Positions 50,331-52,022 of a stretch of DNA of 52,022 nt are shown one piece after another. Both the position numbers and the translations under genes were made by a program. The notes beneath the pieces are model-generated. The model did not search any database and was not told the DNA's origin. It saw only the letters and a program-made list of their open reading frames with translations. Positions within the stretch are counted from its first letter, which is position 1. Each line of letters begins with the position of its first letter. The stretch is taken from the NCBI GenBank assembly GCA_000320545.1, contig ADNK01001551.1, forward strand, positions 1 through 52,022. The letters are read 5' to 3'. Origin of the DNA: Bigelowiella natans CCMP2755. Taxonomy: Eukaryota > Protista > Cercozoa.

Positions 50331-50894
50331 CAAAACGCCGGCTCTGGGAAGGGGTGCCACATCCCATCGATCGTGTACCATGTGGTGATGAGCGACATTG
50401 CGAGGCCAACCGCCGCAAGACAGACGCACCCGATTATCTTGCCCTCCGACGTTTGGAAGTCCTTTCCGCAGACTTTCAGGAATAGGAGGGGGGGGAAGCA
50501 GTAAGCGCTTAAGGCGGCGGCGAACCCTCCAACCAAATTCACGAGCACAGCAAAGCTCCGCACCTGCCCAACAACACAAACAGTTAGAAGCAACCACTGA
50601 CTCTGCGTATCAAATTGGCACAGACCTGTGCGAAGAGAGCGGGGAGGGCGGCCATTACGAAGGTCACGCCGTTCTTAGTGCTAAATATCCGCGACGACGA
50701 TGGGTTGTCCTTGTGCAGTCCGAAACTCTTCGTTTGGGGGGGGGGGGCGGGGGAAGAGGCGGGCCCGTTATAATGAGCTAACACGCAATTCTTAGACGCA
50801 GGTAGAAGAAAGAGGAGAGGAAAATACCTTTTTTTTTTTTTAACTTTTCTTCTCGACTACTCATGCCGAAAGTTACACACACACACACACACAC

Positions 50895-50933
<39 letters not shown>

Positions 50934-51182
50934 TAATATACTCTCCTCGAGCCTACCCGCAAGACAATATCGACGGCGGCGTAAAGGATGAGCGGGTAGC
51001 TCACGATTAGCTCAATGATCTAGGTAACGACACATGTAAAAAATAGTTCTTCAGCTGCATGCTGCGTTGTTGTGCAGGATTGGCACGGAGAACGGCGGAT
51101 ACAAAGGCCCTGTTTTCCAGTGGGTTGCGAACATGCGAGGTTGGATTATACTCACACAATTTATAATATATATATATGTACA

Positions 51183-51224
<42 letters not shown>

Positions 51225-51398
51225 TCGACCATAGTGATCTTCGGTATGACTATCAGCCAAGCTGCAGTTCCGCCAGCACCCCCATTTAAATTCATCACAA
51301 CGTTCCCGCATCTTTTTTATAGGGAGGGGGGGAGGAGAAGCGAAGGGGGGGGAGGGGGGGGGGTTAGCTCTCTCCCTCTCCTTGTTTCTTTCTTCTTC

Positions 51399-51431
<33 letters not shown>

Positions 51432-52022
51432 GTAGTCGTAGTCTTTGAGGTTATCGCGTTGGTTCGTTCTCGTTGGCATTTTATTCCGTGTGCTTGATTT
51501 CGCTTAAGCTAGTGGGTCTCACGTGGAATCCCTCAGCAGCATAAACACCGATGCACCGTAAAACACGTTGATGATCGCCAGGCTTAAACAGGTCCATAGC
51601 ACGACTGTCAAATACCAAAATGAATAGAATACATGTGCGTTACGTGTTCAAAATACGCGCTTGGTTTCTGGCGTCGTTGCAGTTGATGTTACTGTGATTC
51701 ATCGAGGCGGTGCCGTAAATAGCTCTCTTCTGTTTTTGTTATTTTCATTATCGCTTTTCCCTACCTTGCCCCCATTGCGTGCGGGTCTTCATCTCCCGCT
51801 CAATAGGCATTGCATTCACGTTCACACAGAAGAAAAAGGCGATAGATCCGAAGCTGCGGGAGTACGAAAAGAGAGTGAAGAGGGGGGGGGGGGGGGGAAA
51901 GAGAGGAATGCCCAATATAGAAACCGAGTGATAGGAAGTTTAGTTGGTGGTGAAAAGAGAGAAATGTATAGTATTCAATACTGCCGCAAACCATCCCCCA
52001 CCCCCCCCCCCCCAAAAAATCG
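50324..52022 (-). CDS. Amino-acid transporter, AAAP / Aa_trans family, 3' portion (continues beyond the window)
   Basis: IELIVSYPLILYAAVDIVLR; VTFVMAALPALFAQ; VRSFAVLVNLVGGFAAALSAYCFPPLLFLKV...AVGLAMSLITTW, matching the family's SYPL and F..lvslvG......fifP..lylk patterns. Stop at 50324. Confidence 0.8.

Overview
Gene-dense, intron-rich eukaryotic nuclear DNA with many microsatellites (GT-AG introns; (TA)n, (CA)n, (GA)n and poly-G/C tracts). Two genes carry signal-peptide plus transit-peptide leaders, consistent with an alga with a secondary plastid; a chlorarachniophyte is my best inference. By hand-splicing I recognise about 15 genes, nearly all alternating in orientation: a CS + rhodanese-like + YVH1/DUSP12 zinc-finger protein, an alpha/beta hydrolase, a multi-pass membrane protein, an intronless C2H2 zinc-finger gene, a plastid-type PDZ-like protein, RBBP4/MSI1-like, Mo25/CAB39, GDP-fucose transporter SLC35C1-like, SMARCAL1-like helicase with a SAP domain, an AAAP amino-acid transporter and several unknowns. 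There is also a tandem pair of decayed paralogs. The main signal is non-coding: seven strong blocks and one weak block of 0.5-1.4 kb in which TpA has largely been lost while TpG/CpA abound, and the surviving TpA is mostly in CTA/TAG (chiefly CTAG). These blocks lie between convergent gene 3' ends and over the decayed paralogs, where direct alignment shows TA>TG differences and the ORFs lack Tyr. This looks like a regional, context-specific A-to-G DNA hypermutation process, the mirror image of fungal RIP. Exon boundaries are manual and 5' ends are often approximate.
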